A DNA stretch of 64,000 bases from Mobula hypostoma (GCF_963921235.1 NC_086099.1:27032001-27096000), one strand, 5' to 3'; shown: positions 11,736-24,500, numbered from the stretch's first letter. The notes: generated by a model not told the origin, from the sequence alone. Translations and numbers: made by a program.

Positions 11736-14700
11736 AAATATTCTCAAGTTTTAATTATCACTTTTAAATGGAATAGGCTGGAAAGATAGGTTTATCAATT
11801 TGCTGTGTTTTGATGCAGGGCTTTGAAGTTAGTTTTTGACATAATTCTCATCATAAAATGAAAATACAAATAAAACCTATAAATATGTTTTACTGAAAAG
11901 AGTAAGAAAACTTCAATATTTTAAAATATATATTTTGTTGACAGATTAATTAAGATTGCTTGGGATTAATAATAATATTCCACATCAGAATTTTTAAGTG
12001 AGAAAGTGATATGGAATTTAGAGCATTATTGAAGTTGAAAGTAGTAGGGACAAAGTGAGATAAATAAAAAAATGATATTTTGGTTAATTTAGGGAATTTA
12101 ATAGCTTGTAAAAATGCATTTAGGAAAAAATCTTATGGTACAATGAAATGAAAGCAATAGTATCAGAATTACGTGTCAGTAGTGTCTCATCTTTCTCAGA
12201 GTGTGAAAAGCCAGTGTTTTTTGTGATTGAAAAAGACTACAGTACTTTGCTTTCACTCTGCTAGTTCAGTGTAATACTATATAATACATTTTAACCTGCT
12301 GAAAGAATTTTAAAATCAGAACAAAGTTACAATGTGCCAGCAACAATAGGGATATTCACTAAATAGCTTGTTGGAAGATGACAAGTTGTTCACCTGGATT
12401 AAGTTTCAAAATCTTGGAAATGGTTAATGATCTGCCCTGTCCCAACAGAAATTATTTAGCTCCGAAAATAAAGATTTCAGTGTGCCAGGTTAGAATTGAA
12501 TCTTTGGGGTAGAAGATCATCTTGGCAACTGATACAAAACAGACAGTATCAGATTGTTGCCTGTTATTTAATTATTTTCACTGAAACTGAATAACTGTAT
12601 CAGTGTTGTATACAATAGGCAGACAACACAGTATCACCCCTTTTGCGGCACTATCCCAGAAAAATTCCTACCCTTTTTTCTCAGTTTATGATATGAATAG
12701 AAAATTATTTATATCAACAAATTAAAAATCTTAATGCTGTTTTGGACCTATAGTGGCAGAACAGTGATTACACTGATCCAGAAACTTTGGACCCAACCTG
12801 TCTATGGCAAGTAAGTTACTAGAAATGAGCAATAGATAGGGTCTGTTTTTTATTCTCACAATCTTTCAAAAGCAGATAGATATTTTCTGTGAAAAACACA
12901 GCTAAACTCATTTTCAGATGTGTTTGTATTACACAACTCATAATGAAGTGTTTCAAACAGATTAACAAAAGATTTTATGGAAATGGCCTAAAGATGCCAG
13001 AATTCCAATAAAACATGAACGTGCTATTATTTAAGAACTATAAAATTCTGCTAATACTGACAAATTAACAAGAGATTGGACTTTTTTAAAATATACATTT
13101 CAAACTATCAAAATTGACTTTTTTATGTCACAGTAACCTACAAAACCCAACACAAAAGATGGTAATAGGAAAATAAATGCAATTAATAATAAAAATAATA
13201 TCTAAATGAAAGAATTATTTGCTGTAAGAATTATTTTTCTTTCTCTTTCTCATCATCATTATTATTTATGAGCTTAGTCTATTTTTTGCTATAACATTGC
13301 TTGGGATTTATTGTCCCATCAATAACTTGGTACTCAATGAGTCAGCTGATTTATACTGTCTACTCTGTGTCCATGTTGAAATGTAGTCATTCATCAGCTA
13401 CATTTTCTCACACAAGATCCTGGCAGCCCTTTCTTTTCACTTAAACTGCTGAACAAGCGCTTTCTAAAATACTTAATCAAAGCAGATTCTCACTGTACAC
13501 ATGACAATTTTACAATCAATGGAATTATCTCATTAATCAACAAGTTATGGTCAATACACAGTGCATGGTGGGAATTTGAATACCTATCACGTTAAACTAA
13601 GTGGATGGAAGAACATGCTACAATGCATAGTTATAGTTGTAGAACACTGCAGCACAGAAACAGGCCCTTTTGCCCATTTAGTCTGCACCAAACTATTAAT
13701 CTGCCTAGACTCATTGACCTGCATGCGGACTATAGTACTCCATACCCATGAATCTATCCAGATTTCTTTTAAATGTTGAAATCAAACCTGCATCCACCTA
13801 CAATGCAATATGACAATTTTTCACAAATGCAAACTTTACAACAGTTGATTAAAATATAATCTATTAGCATAAGGATTAACCAACAAGCTATTCAGTACAC
13901 TGGCAGACAAAACTACATTCGTTCACCATCCTTGTTAATACATTTAGATCACAGAAGTGGAGCGGCTTGGTGTTTGTTCCACACTTTGCCATCTCTACAC
14001 AGAGACAAAGACTAAGAGAGTGGAAACATGATAAACAGGAGTGAGAGACAAAGAGTCAAAGGATGCATGAGACACTGCAGATTCCAAAACGAGTTATGCT
14101 CCCAAGGGAAATCTCCATTACCACTCCAACAATGGCCTATATGTTTAAGATGGCTTCTATTTCTTTCAGTCCCTGAACAGCGACCTAAATTTACAGCTTT
14201 ATATTTACATAATCTGCTTTAGAAACATCATGAATGCATATTATCCACAATCTATTAGATGAAATCTATTCCATTTCCCTCCCTGTCAGCTTTAGCTTTG
14301 AAACTTTAACCATTTTATTTGTATGGTGAGAGGCAATTTCTTTTTCCCCAATGTAATTGAGTTCATAAATTTTAATGTTTCCATTAAATGTTAATGCTAG
14401 ATACTTTGTATGATAGCAAAATCTTCCCCAAGATTAAGTACAAGTTTAGGCACAAGATGTTTGCAGCTGCTTGCTCAGGATTTAAGTGATGTAGCAGCAG
14501 ATCATTCATCTTAGAAATATTTCCAATTATATGTCAAACATTTGGTTATATATGCCTCAAAACAATTTAAGTCACAGACATAACCAATATGTCTGGAATT
14601 CAAAAGCATAATGCTTGATGTCAGAAATATAGAATACAGGAAATTTGGATACTTCTTGACAGGCGAGGTAGCATCCATAGTGAAAGAAACAGATTTTAAT

Positions 14701-15096
14701 TATTCGTGTTTGAAGTATAAATCCTTAATTTTGCTTCTTTCTCTATCTGGTGAGTATTGTACTCGACAACTGAAAAATGCACCATTTCTGAAGTGAAGTG
14801 GGAGCATTGAGAATATTAGCTGGCAGTCTTCCCTTATCTTGAGGAGGCAGTGAAGTGGAGTAGGGAATAAACCATGAAGGCAGATTAAAACAAAAAGGAA
14901 GGGTCTAAAGGAATATTAGATGTCAAGTATAATATTTTCACTAAATGAGAATGGAATTGCATAAGTGAATGCCAGAAAAGGCCATTCCAGCAGACAATAT
15001 AAATTGAGATTCCTGAAGTACTTGAGCTGACGGATAGATAGATAGGTAGACTGAGAGATTGATAAATATCATTTGTTGTTTCTAATATCATGTTCT

Positions 15097-16159
15097 TGTC
15101 ACAAGTGTGGAGCACGGGTGGACCCAAAAGCAGGACAAAAACACGTTTTGTAGCGTTAACAAGAATGGAGTTTACTAATCGTTACTAGGAAAGCAGGGAA
15201 GCAAGGATTGTTCAGAGGGAGATCAAGGAGTGAGCAAAGCAGAAGCAGGAATAAGCGTGGTTAGACCTGAACTCGGGACCCGGACTTGGAACTCGGAACT
15301 TGGAACTTGGGACCCGGACTTGGAACTCGGAACATGGAACTCGGGACCCAGCCTTGGAACTCAGAACATCAGAGCCTGGACTTGGAACTTGGAATATCAG
15401 AGCTTGGACTTAGAACACCAGAAACCTGTACTTTTCTTTGACACAGAACATGGAACACTGAGCCAGGGCTCCTCCTTGGACACAGGGCATAGAGCTGGGA
15501 CTCTTCTTTTAGACACAGGATGCAGAAAACTGAGAGACAGGATTCCCCAACTCAGAGTAGCAGCAAACAGCCAGACCTACTCAGTGGAGACGAGAACACA
15601 AAGAGACGGTTATCCACTCAGGGCAGCGGCAAACAGCCAGACCTACCCAGCGGAGACGAGGACACAAAGAGACGGTACCACACAACGATAGGCAGTTCAT
15701 ACCTTGACACAAAATGGCTCCAAGTAGTGGCAAGCCCTTGACGCAGTCCAGGAACTACTGACAGCGGCTCTAGTCTCACTCCAGCGGGTTAACTTGATGG
15801 ACTCACTCCAGCGAGGTAGCTTAGCGGCTCGATCAGACAAGGTAACTTAACAGGCTGGCTCCGACGAGAAGAGGCAACTTACTGTCACTTGCTTCAGGGA
15901 GAAGACTTGAGTAGATCCGGCAATGTAACTTGGCTTGTTCCGGCAGGATGACCTGCTCGCAGGATGACGATCTAGCCCGAGTAGCTGTAAGCCCGACACT
16001 AAATACTGCTCGTTCGGCTGAGACTCAAGTGCCTTTAATTACAGAGCCCAAGAAACACGGGGAAACAATGAATTAAGGAAAACAAGGAGTCAACGGTCCT
16101 GATCGTGACACAAAGTAAATTTAAAGGGACGCAGGGAATAACCGATCAGGACCGTGACA
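15097..16159 (-). mobile_element. Solo LTR (Gypsy/BEL-type), 1063 bp
   Basis: Termini TGTCAC...GTGACA and exact 5-bp TSD GTTCT (15092-15096, 16160-16164). The minus-strand 3' end reads AGTAAA...CTGCTTTTGGGTCC...GTGACA. Orientation is inferred. Confidence 0.85.
15268..15420 (+). repeat. Degenerate GGAACT(T/C) heptamer tandem array inside the LTR
   Basis: ggacttggaactcggaacttggaacttgggacccggacttggaactcggaac... Confidence 0.85.
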
Positions 16160-16614
16160 GTTCTAGATCCTAGAAATGCTAATAGAGTTATACATGCAGT
16201 ATATTAATTGCTTGCCTACTTTAAATTGGCTTGAATTTGAGACTATTTCCACTCAACGTTCATATTAATAAAACGGTAGCAATCTGGCCAACACAACAGT
16301 TCAAATATTTGGCTCTTACTCAAGCATCTGTCTAAGGGCAAGGATTGGTTCACCTTCTGACTCACTCCCCATAGTTGAATGAGTTTGCTTAGTTCACAGC
16401 CAATCAGACAGATTGAGTGAGACAAAACGTGTTCTATAGTTTCATCTACACCATCAGAGAAAATCAACTATGTGCTCTTTTATTCCCTCCCTTCTAATGG
16501 ATGTCCCAAGTGACATTCATTGCAATTGGAAACACCACACTCAAATGTGGTGGATCTTCTGGCCAGAGGATAAAATAGAGTGTAGTAACAATTAAGTTTG
16601 AAGAGGTTGAAACA

Positions 16615-17110
16615 CTAATGCCCTTGAATGGAAAAAGCTACGAAAAAGTAGTGGATACGTCCAGATCATCATGAGTAAAGCCCTCCCCACCATTGAACAT
16701 ATCTACATGGCGCACAATCATCAAGGGCTTCTTGCTGCTGCCTTCAAGGAGAAGGTAGAGGAGCCCCAGGACCCACATCAACAGGTTCAGGAACAGATAT
16801 TACCCTCAACCATCAGGCTCTTGAACCAAAGGTGTAACCTCACTTACCCCATCACTAAACTGTTTCCACAAACTATAGACTCACTTTCAAGAACTCTTCA
16901 TCTCCTGCTCTTGATATTTATTACTTATTTATTGATTACTATTTTTTTTCTCTTTCATTTTGTAATGTTGCACATTGGTTGTTCGTCCACCATGCTGGGT
17001 GCAGTCTTTCACTGATTTTATTGTGTTTCATGCATCCACTGTGATTGCCCACAAGAAAATGAATTGCAGGGTTGTATGTGGTGACATATATTTACTTTGA
17101 ACCCTGAACT
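16615..17110 (+). mobile_element. Rex1/Babar 3' fragment
   Basis: KALPTIEHIY...PSTIRLLN and a 3' UTR ending in (TTGAAC)n-like units. Confidence 0.75.
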
Positions 17111-17164
17111 TTAGTTTGATCTGTTGACAATCATAATGCTTTCATCTGCCTTTTTGTTGGGTTT

Positions 17165-18289
17165 GTGGAACAATCTATGTTCCGTGCCTATTCTGGTATC
17201 TGTCCCCCACTTTTCCTTCACTACATCGATGACTGCATTGGCGCTGCTTCCTGCACGCATGCAGAACTCGTTGACTTTATTAACTTTGCCTCCAACTTTC
17301 ACCCTGCCCTCAAGTTTACCTGGTCCATTTCCAACACCTCTCTCCCCTTTCTAGATCGTTCTGTCTCTGTCTCTGGAGACAGCTTATCCACTGATGTCTA
17401 CTATAAGCCCACTGACTCTCACAGCTCTCTGGACTACTCCTCTTCTCACCCTGTCTCTTGCAAAAACGCCATCCCCTTCTCGCAATTCCTCCGTCTCCGC
17501 CGTATCTGCTCTCAGGATGAGGCTTTTCATTCTAGGACGAGGGAGATGTCTTCCTTTTTTAAAGAAAGGGGCTTCCCTTCCTCCACTATCAACTCTGCTC
17601 TTAAACGCATCTCCCCCATTTCACGTACATCTGCTCTCACTCCATCCTCCCGCCACCCCACTAGGAATAGGGTTCCCCTGGTCCTCACCTACCACCCCAC
17701 CAGCCTCCGGGTCCAACATATTATTCTCTGTAACTTCCGCCACCTCCAACGGGATCCCACCACTAAGCACATCTTTCCCTCCACCCCTCTCTCTGCATTC
17801 CGCAGGGATCGCTCCCTACACAACTCCCTTGTCCATTCGTCCCCCCCATCCCTCCCCACTGATCTCCCTCCTGGCACTTATCCGTGTAAGCGGAACAAGT
17901 GCTGCACATGCCCTTACACTTCCTCCCTTACCACCATTCAGGGCCCCAAACAGTCCTTCCAGGTGAGGCAACACTTCACCTGTGAGTCGACTGGGGTGAT
18001 ATACTGCGTCCAGTGCTCTCGATGTGGCCTTTTATATATTGGCGAGACCCGACGCAGACTGGGAGACCGCTTTGCTGAACATCTACGCTCTTTCCGCCAG
18101 AGAAAGCAGGATCTCCCAGTGGCCACACATTTTAATTCCACATCCCATTCCCATTCTGACATGTCTATCCACGGCCTCCTCCACTGTAAAGGTGAAGCCA
18201 CACTCAGGTTGGAGGAACAACACCTTATATTCCGTCTGGGTAGCCTCCAACCTGGTGGCATGAACATCGACTTCTCTAACTTCCGCTAA
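17165..18289 (+). CDS. Penelope-like RT (partial) plus GIY-YIG endonuclease ORF, 374 aa, N-terminally truncated
   Basis: YIDDC catalytic motif, FLD, VYYKPTD, IPFSQFLRLRRICS thumb, Cys linker PCKRNKCCTC and VIYCVQCSRCGLLYIGETRRRLGDRFAEH. The start codon is not genuine because the element is truncated. Confidence 0.9.
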   Translation: MEQSMFRAYSGICPPLFLHYIDDCIGAASCTHAELVDFINFASNFHPALKFTWSISNTSLPFLDRSVSVSGDSLSTDVYYKPTDSHSSLDYSSSHPVSCKNAIPFSQFLRLRRICSQDEAFHSRTREMSSFFKERGFPSSTINSALKRISPISRTSALTPSSRHPTRNRVPLVLTYHPTSLRVQHIILCNFRHLQRDPTTKHIFPSTPLSAFRRDRSLHNSLVHSSPPSLPTDLPPGTYPCKRNKCCTCPYTSSLTTIQGPKQSFQVRQHFTCESTGVIYCVQCSRCGLLYIGETRRRLGDRFAEHLRSFRQRKQDLPVATHFNSTSHSHSDMSIHGLLHCKGEATLRLEEQHLIFRLGSLQPGGMNIDFSNFR

Positions 18290-18575
18290 GGCCCCACCTC
18301 CCCCTCGTACCCCATCTGTTACTTATTTTTATGCACACATTCTTTCTCTCACTCTCCTTTTTTTCCCTCTGTCCCTCTGAATATACCTCTTGCCCATCCT
18401 CTGGGTCTCCCCCCCTTGTCTTTCTTCCCAGACCTCCTGTCCCATGATCCTCTCGTATCCCCTTTTGCCTATCACCTGTTCAGCTCTTGGCTCTATCTCT
18501 CCGCGTCCTGTCTTCTCCTATCATTTTGGATCTCCCCCCCCCCCCAACTTTCAAATCCCTTACTCACTCTTCCTT

Positions 18576-18617
18576 CAGTTAGTCCTGACGAAGGGTCTCG
18601 GCCTGAAACGTCAACTG
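18576..18617 (+). ncRNA. Minimal type I hammerhead ribozyme motif (PLE pLTR)
   Basis: AGTC-CTGACGA-A-GGGT CTCG GCCT-GAAAC-GTC-AACT. The core is intact; stem I has one mismatch. Predicted cleavage is 3' of 18612. Confidence 0.8.
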
Positions 18618-18964
18618 CACCTCTTCCTACAGATGCTGCCTGGCCTGCTGCGTTCACCAGCAACTTTGATGTGTGTTGCTTGAATTTCCAGCATCTGCAG
18701 AATTCCTGTTGTTTGCTATGTAAGCATTTTCTTTTGATCATGTAGTGGTATGATGAAGACAATTGGTTCCTTTACATGTGCACTTTTAGAACGCATTAGC
18801 TCAATTCTGATCTGTAGTCTCCACTCATACCAGTTTAGGTGGAACTACTGTCATTGCAAGCAAGTTATTGGCAGCCCTGCATGTGAAACAATTAATCAAA
18901 CATTTGTTAAGTTTATATGGCCTGCTCATTCATTTTCACAATGCAAGTGTAGACCTTTCTTCAT

Positions 18965-19270
18965 AAAGATAAAGATTAGCTTTATTTGTCACATATTCAG
19001 TTCATTGAAACATGCAGTGAGATGTGTCGTATGCATCAAATCAAATCAGTGAGGAAGGTGCTGGGCAGCCCACATGTGTGGCCACAATTCACTCAGCTTA
19101 ACCCTTACACCTTTGAAATGTGGGAGAATACCGGAGCACCTGGATAAAACCCATAAGGTCACAGGGAGAACATATAAATAAACTCCTTACATACAGTGGC
19201 AGGATTCAAACCCCGATCTGAGAGATGGTGCTGTAAAGTGTTGGATTAACCACTACACTACCATGCCACC
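18965..19270 (-). mobile_element. HE1-like V-SINE
   Basis: The reverse complement has a tRNA-like head and the V-domain GTTCTCCCTGTGACC...GGTGCTCCGGT..TCTCCCACA. Confidence 0.75.
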
Positions 19271-19873
19271 TTATGTCAAATAATGCTAAAATTGAAGAGC
19301 AAACTAACTGTTCCCACAACAGACAGATGAGATTAACTGAAGAAAAAACAGTTACATTCGTATGCCACCTTTTGTGACATCAGTTTCTGCCAAAATTATA
19401 AAAACGGCTAATTCAGGACTTTTTTTGATGTGTTGCTTAACAGATACTCAATTTGTGCACAGATAGACAATGCAAACGTGCAACAGCGTTAAATATTATC
19501 AAAGTAACGTTGATAGAGGGTAACTGTGAGTCAGGAAACACAAAAGAATTGTGTGACTGCTATTCAAAATCGGATTTTAAAAAAATATTGTAGGTAAGAC
19601 TTTGGTTAGTTCCACTTGCAAAGAACAATAACCCCAAGAAAGCAGCACTTCATAACAACGTTGCAGTTTCAGCCCAATTGTTGCATATACTATATTGTCA
19701 TAGAGTCATACAGCATGAAAACAGGCCCTTCAGCCCCTTGAATGTGTGTCAGCAACACAGCAGCCCACTTTGGGCTCCTCTATAGCAGCAGGACCAAGCA
19801 CAGACAAGGTGACTGTTCTGCAGATTACCTGTGCTCTGCCTGCAGTGGTCATCTTGAACGTCTGGTTGCATGT

Positions 19874-19966
19874 TGTTGTTGAGTGGCTCGCCAAGCTAGC
19901 TTGTTAGCTTGCAGACATTTTGTTACCAGCTAGGCAACATCATCAGTGCAACTTCAAATGACATGT
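19874..19966 (-). mobile_element. 93-bp insertion carrying a decayed hammerhead of a third PLE family
   Basis: TSD TGGTTGCATGT / TGGTTGTATGT (19863-19873, 19967-19977). The minus strand of 19910-19950 reads TGCA-CTGATGA-TGTTGCC TAGCT GGTAAC-AAAAT-GTC-TGCA. Confidence 0.65.
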
Positions 19967-20302
19967 TGGTTGTATGTCACTTCAACTCATCTTGTCATTC
20001 CCGCATTCACACAGTGTGGCCTGCCTTCTCCACTGAACTGATGAGGGCAAACGCAAACTAAGAGAACAACATCTCATTTTCCACTTAGGTACCAGAGTCC
20101 AATGACGTTCAATTTTCCATTGTCTGATTTCCTTCTCCTTCTTCATGGTTCACTTGGTTCTCTCTCCCGGTGTTCACCTTTTCCATTTCCATCTGCTCAT
20201 CAGACATTCACCTGAGTTGGACTGCCCTCCTTATTCCAACCCCCTTCCTTCAATCTGGTTCCGTATTCCCATCACCCCTCCCTTATCTTTATCTTTATAT
20301 TA

Positions 20303-20560
20303 GGGTGCCACAGTGGCATAGCAGTTGGCACAGCACAATTACTGCTCAGGGATGTTTGGAGTTCAATTCCGGCATCATCTATGGGAAAGATTGTAGGTTC
20401 TTCCTGTGAGCGCATGGGATTCATCAGGTTTGCTCCCATAGTCCAAAGACGTACTGATTAGTCGGTTAAATGGTCATGGTAAATTGTCCTGTGATTAGGC
20501 TAGGGTTAAGTAGGTGGTCTGCTGGGTGGTTCCTCACTGTTTCTCTCAATAAATAAATAA
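20303..20560 (+). mobile_element. HE1-like V-SINE
   Basis: tRNA-like head with GTTCAATTCC B-box, V-domain and (AATA)n tail. Confidence 0.75.
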
Positions 20561-22421
20561 TCTGGGTCCACTTATCGCCTTCCAACCTGCCTCTACCTCC
20601 CCCCTCCCGCCCGATCACATGACTCTCTGCAACTATTGTTTTTGTCTTTTGTTATTTCCTTATTTGTTTCCACTTGTCCCTCACCAGCCCCTATCTATTA
20701 ACTCGGCCCACCATCCGCCACCTCACCTTTCTCCACCAATCACCTTCAAGCCCTGCCTCACCCCTCCTTTTTCCCTCTTTATACTGGCCACTTCCCTCCA
20801 CTCTCTCGGTCTTCATGCAGGGTCGACCATCCCTTTGCCTCCACAGATGCTGCTTGACACGCTGATTTCCCCCAGCAGTGTATTCTTTGCTCCAGATTTC
20901 AGTATCTCCGGTCCTATGTGTCAATCACGAAGTTACCCTGATTTTAACGATTAAAGATTAGCTTTATTTGTCATGTATACGTCGAAGCTTACATTGAAAG
21001 CATTGTTTGCGTCACTGACCATCACAGTCTGAGAATATGCTGGGGCCATTACAATAATCACCCTTTTTGTGACACTATCCCAGAAAAATTGCTAGCTTTT
21101 TACCTCATTTTATTACAACAAAAACACAATGGCTAATATCAATGTATTTCAAAGTCTTCCCCTTCCTCCTGGAAGATGACATCTGGCAAACCGGAGCAAC
21201 TCTCCATCTCCCCTGTGTCAGAAGCTTCTGCTGGGCTATGGAGGAGGGGCCTCCTTCACTGGTTCACCAACATGATTTCCATTAACTAGCCAAAACGTCA
21301 GCAGATCAAGCATAAAAGCCATTAACCAGGAACAGTGTGCTCTGACACTTTAAGCTGTAAATCACTTACACAACATAAGATGGGGGTGGCATAGTAGCCC
21401 AGCGGCTAGCGTAATGCAATTTCAGCACCAGTGACTCAGGTACAATTCCACCGCCAGGGGTATTTAAGAAAATACTCTATAGGCACATGGATGATATAAA
21501 AAATGGAGGGTCATGGAGAAGTGAAAGGGCTAGGCTGAGTCAGTTAAAAGGTCAGCACAGCATCATGGGATGACGGGCCTGTACTGTGTTGTAGTTTTCT
21601 ATGTAAAATCTAGAGAGGCTGATGGGAATGGAGGGAGAATGAAATGTGATTAAAAATGATGAAAATAAATGAATGTTTGCTGGTTGATAGGAGCTTATTG
21701 GGCTGAAGGGCCTGTTTCCTTGATGTATCATTCGATGGCTCTACTTTTTTCTTGTTTAAATGCAACATATGCTCTGTGTACTTAATAGTTTCCTTCCTCC
21801 AGTTACTGTATCCACACTGCCTGCTGTTGGGCAGCTGAGAAAGCAAGTAAATAACCTGTTCTGAGGCACTATCCCACACAGGCAAGGTTCCATTAAATAT
21901 TCTGAATGACATACCCTTCATTTTCCATTCACCCCTTCAATGTTGTCCATGACTCGCTTCTTCAAATGAAATTAGCAACTTTCTTGATGTTGCAGCGTGA
22001 ACCCATGTCTTCCTACTTTGAATGATCCACGCAGGTCACGGCAATATATTACCGAGGGCTGGAAATAGTTAGCAGAGTGCAATTTAGGCCATTTTCTTGC
22101 ACAATAAGGTTTAAAACATTGCATTGCACAATGTTCAATCTTCCAGGCATTAGCTCATATGGAGAGAGAACTGTAAAATGTTAACAGACCTCTTGAAAGA
22201 GAAACATATGAGAATCTGAAATGGGTCTTGTCAGCAAGTTGGAGGCCTAGTCACAATAATTTTCTTTTCTATGGTAACTACAATAACTTGCCTTATATGC
22301 TATATATAGATTCTGGAGAAGGAGGAATGCTTTGGAGTTCTGGTAACTCCTCCTTTTGGTCTAGTGCAGTGTTATATCAAATACTGTTAATCGATGAGAG
22401 TTTCAACAAATAGAAAAAGGA

Positions 22422-22723
22422 TAGGCATCCGTTAGTCTCATGAGACCGTGGATTTGCACCTTGGAAGGTTTCCAGGGTGCAGGCCTGGGCAAGGTTGTAT
22501 GGAAGATCAGCAGTTGCCCATGCTACAAGTCTCTCCACGCCACGACACCAATATTGTCCAAGGGAAGGGCATTAGGACCCATTCAGCTTGGCACCGGTGT
22601 CGTCGCAGAGCAATGTGTGGTTAAGTGCCTTGCTCAAGGACACACCACTGCCTCAGCCAAGGCTCAAATTAGCGACCTTCAAATCACTAGATGAATACCT
22701 TAACCACTTGGCCATGCGCCAAC
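22422..22723 (-). mobile_element. tRNA-derived SINE (non-V type)
   Basis: The minus strand starts GTTGGCGCATGGCCAAGTGGTTAAGG (A-box) and has the central GTGTCCTTGAGCAAGGCACTTAACC. Flanked by an imperfect AGAAAAA(G/A)GATA duplication. Confidence 0.75.
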
Positions 22724-23904
22724 ACAGAAAAAAGATAAACTTGCACAGAAGGTCAATCAGCATCTGAATGAGAAAGATACATTAATGTTTCAAGTGAGGT
22801 CTTCCCATCAGAGTAATATGCAGTCCATTTTTACCATTTGCTGTTCTTATTTCAGATATCCAACATTAAAACTAGAACAGAGACCACTACAGCACAGTAC
22901 AGGCCCCTTGATCCATAAAGTTCTGCTGATCTTTTAACCTACTCTAAGATAACCTAACTTTTACTTCCTACAAACTCTTCCATTTCCTATCATCCAGGTG
23001 CCCCTCTAAGAGTCTCAAAAATGTCCCTAAAGTATCTGTCTTTACCAGTGCCCCTTGCAGGGTGCTCCAAGCACCCAATACTCTCTCTGACATCCTACTT
23101 TAATACTGTAGCCCCTCTCTAACAAAATGTCTCTGCCTATCCACTCGATCAATGCCTATTATCTTGTACACCTCTATCCAGTCACCTTTCATACTCCTGG
23201 GCCTCAAAGAGAAAACCCCTAGCTCAATACATTAATATTTAACAGATAAGTACTACCTCTACTCATTGATCTCTACATTGATGAGAAATTAGATTATTTT
23301 AAATTGTAAATTAAATTGATCTCAATGTGCAACACCTGAAATAATTCCTTTCCATCCGGTATCTTTTGCAAGTTGAAAGGCGTTTCCTGTTTTCTATTTG
23401 CCTCAGATCTGTTGTATTGAATTGAGTTGAATTGAAGACAGGAGATGTCCCATGGTGAACAAACATTTATCAGCAGTGCGGGAGCAGACAGGCTTGGGAT
23501 TGGAGTTGGATGTGTTGTGGACCAGCTGTGGGTAGCCACAGCAACGGTGCAAAAAATAAATTCAACTAAGTGTGAAAATTTGAACAGTCATGGATAAAAA
23601 TAACAAAAAGCAAATAGTTAGGATGATGTAATTAAGCTTACTTTTCTTAGATTTGGACCATGTTCTCATCACCTTATTCATTGTCAATGTGCAGCTCTCT
23701 ATAATAGGTTCAATAAAGCAATGTAGCGTGACATATCCAAAGTTCTTTTTTAATGTCACAAGTTTTTTAAATAGGCACACTTTTGATTGTTTGGGAAATT
23801 AATGAAATCAAAAATATCAAAAGATTTAAAGAATGAGTAAACTAATCATTTGGAAATTGATAATTAAAACCAGACGGCAGAATGAAACCCATCCACTGCA
23901 GACT

Positions 23905-24500
23905 ATAAAAAGTAACAGCAGAGACAAAAAATAATGCTGGAAACATTAAGCAGGTCAGCAGCATCTGTGAAAAGAGTCAATATTTTAGGCTGGAGACCCT
24001 TCATCGGAAGTGGGAAAAATGACAAAAATGAACTTTTCTTAAGTGGCAGGAGTAATGGACAGGACAAACGGAATATCTGTGATAGGTTGAGACCCAATCA
24101 AATGTTAGAGAGTGATTATTCTTTTTGTCTGTGTTATGTGTTAATAACAGGGCTGTAGGACATGCTCAGTGGATCCGACTGTATAATGAAGGGAGAAAAA
24201 CTAAACTAAAATTGCAGATATGCAATAGGGAATTGGAAGCTTAGGTTCATTCATGTTAACTGAATACAAGCAATCATCCAATCTGTATTTGACATTTCCA
24301 GTGCAGAGGTGGCCAGATTGTGAACACTGAATGCAGTACTTTAGATTGGAAGAAGAGCAAGGGAAGCTCTGTATCACATAGAAAAAATATTTGAATCCCT
24401 GAATGAGAAGGGAAGAGAGTAAGGTACAGGAGTTACATTTCCTCTTGTTGCATAGGAAACTGATAGTAGACGAGGATTGCTCAATTGAAATGAAAAGATA
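23905..24500 (-). mobile_element. Old degenerate Penelope-like fragment
   Basis: PLE 3' end with a decayed hammerhead at about 23975-24010, plus decayed GIY-YIG-region sequence up to about 24500. Confidence 0.55.

Larger units (their letters stand above)
17147..18716 (+). mobile_element. 5'-truncated Penelope-like element (Neptune-type), young
   Basis: Uninterrupted ORF with RT C-terminus and GIY-YIG endonuclease, followed by a pyrimidine-rich pLTR with a hammerhead motif and a CCAGCATCTGCAGA...GTTT tail. Confidence 0.93.
19770..20925 (+). mobile_element. Old degenerate Penelope-like element with nested insertions
   Basis: Decayed GLLY...RxGDC...PVA and LREQHLIFHLG GIY-YIG remnants, a pyrimidine-rich UTR and a PLE 3' end at about 20845-20915. 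Interrupted at 19874 and by a SINE at 20303-20560. Confidence 0.7.

Noticed and set aside
14663-14749. Possible phase 1-1 exon ending SLILLLSLS|G with a GTGAGT donor
   Set aside because: No nearby ATG and no similarity to a CNTFR leader or Ig exon; cannot be supported without RNA data.
15230-15691. 153-aa repetitive ORF (ELGTWN repeats)
   Set aside because: It lies inside the solo LTR and arises from stop-free tandem repeats; there is no sign of a real protein.
17394-17966. 190-aa overlapping ORF
   Set aside because: Alternative frame of the C-rich Penelope ORF, low complexity.
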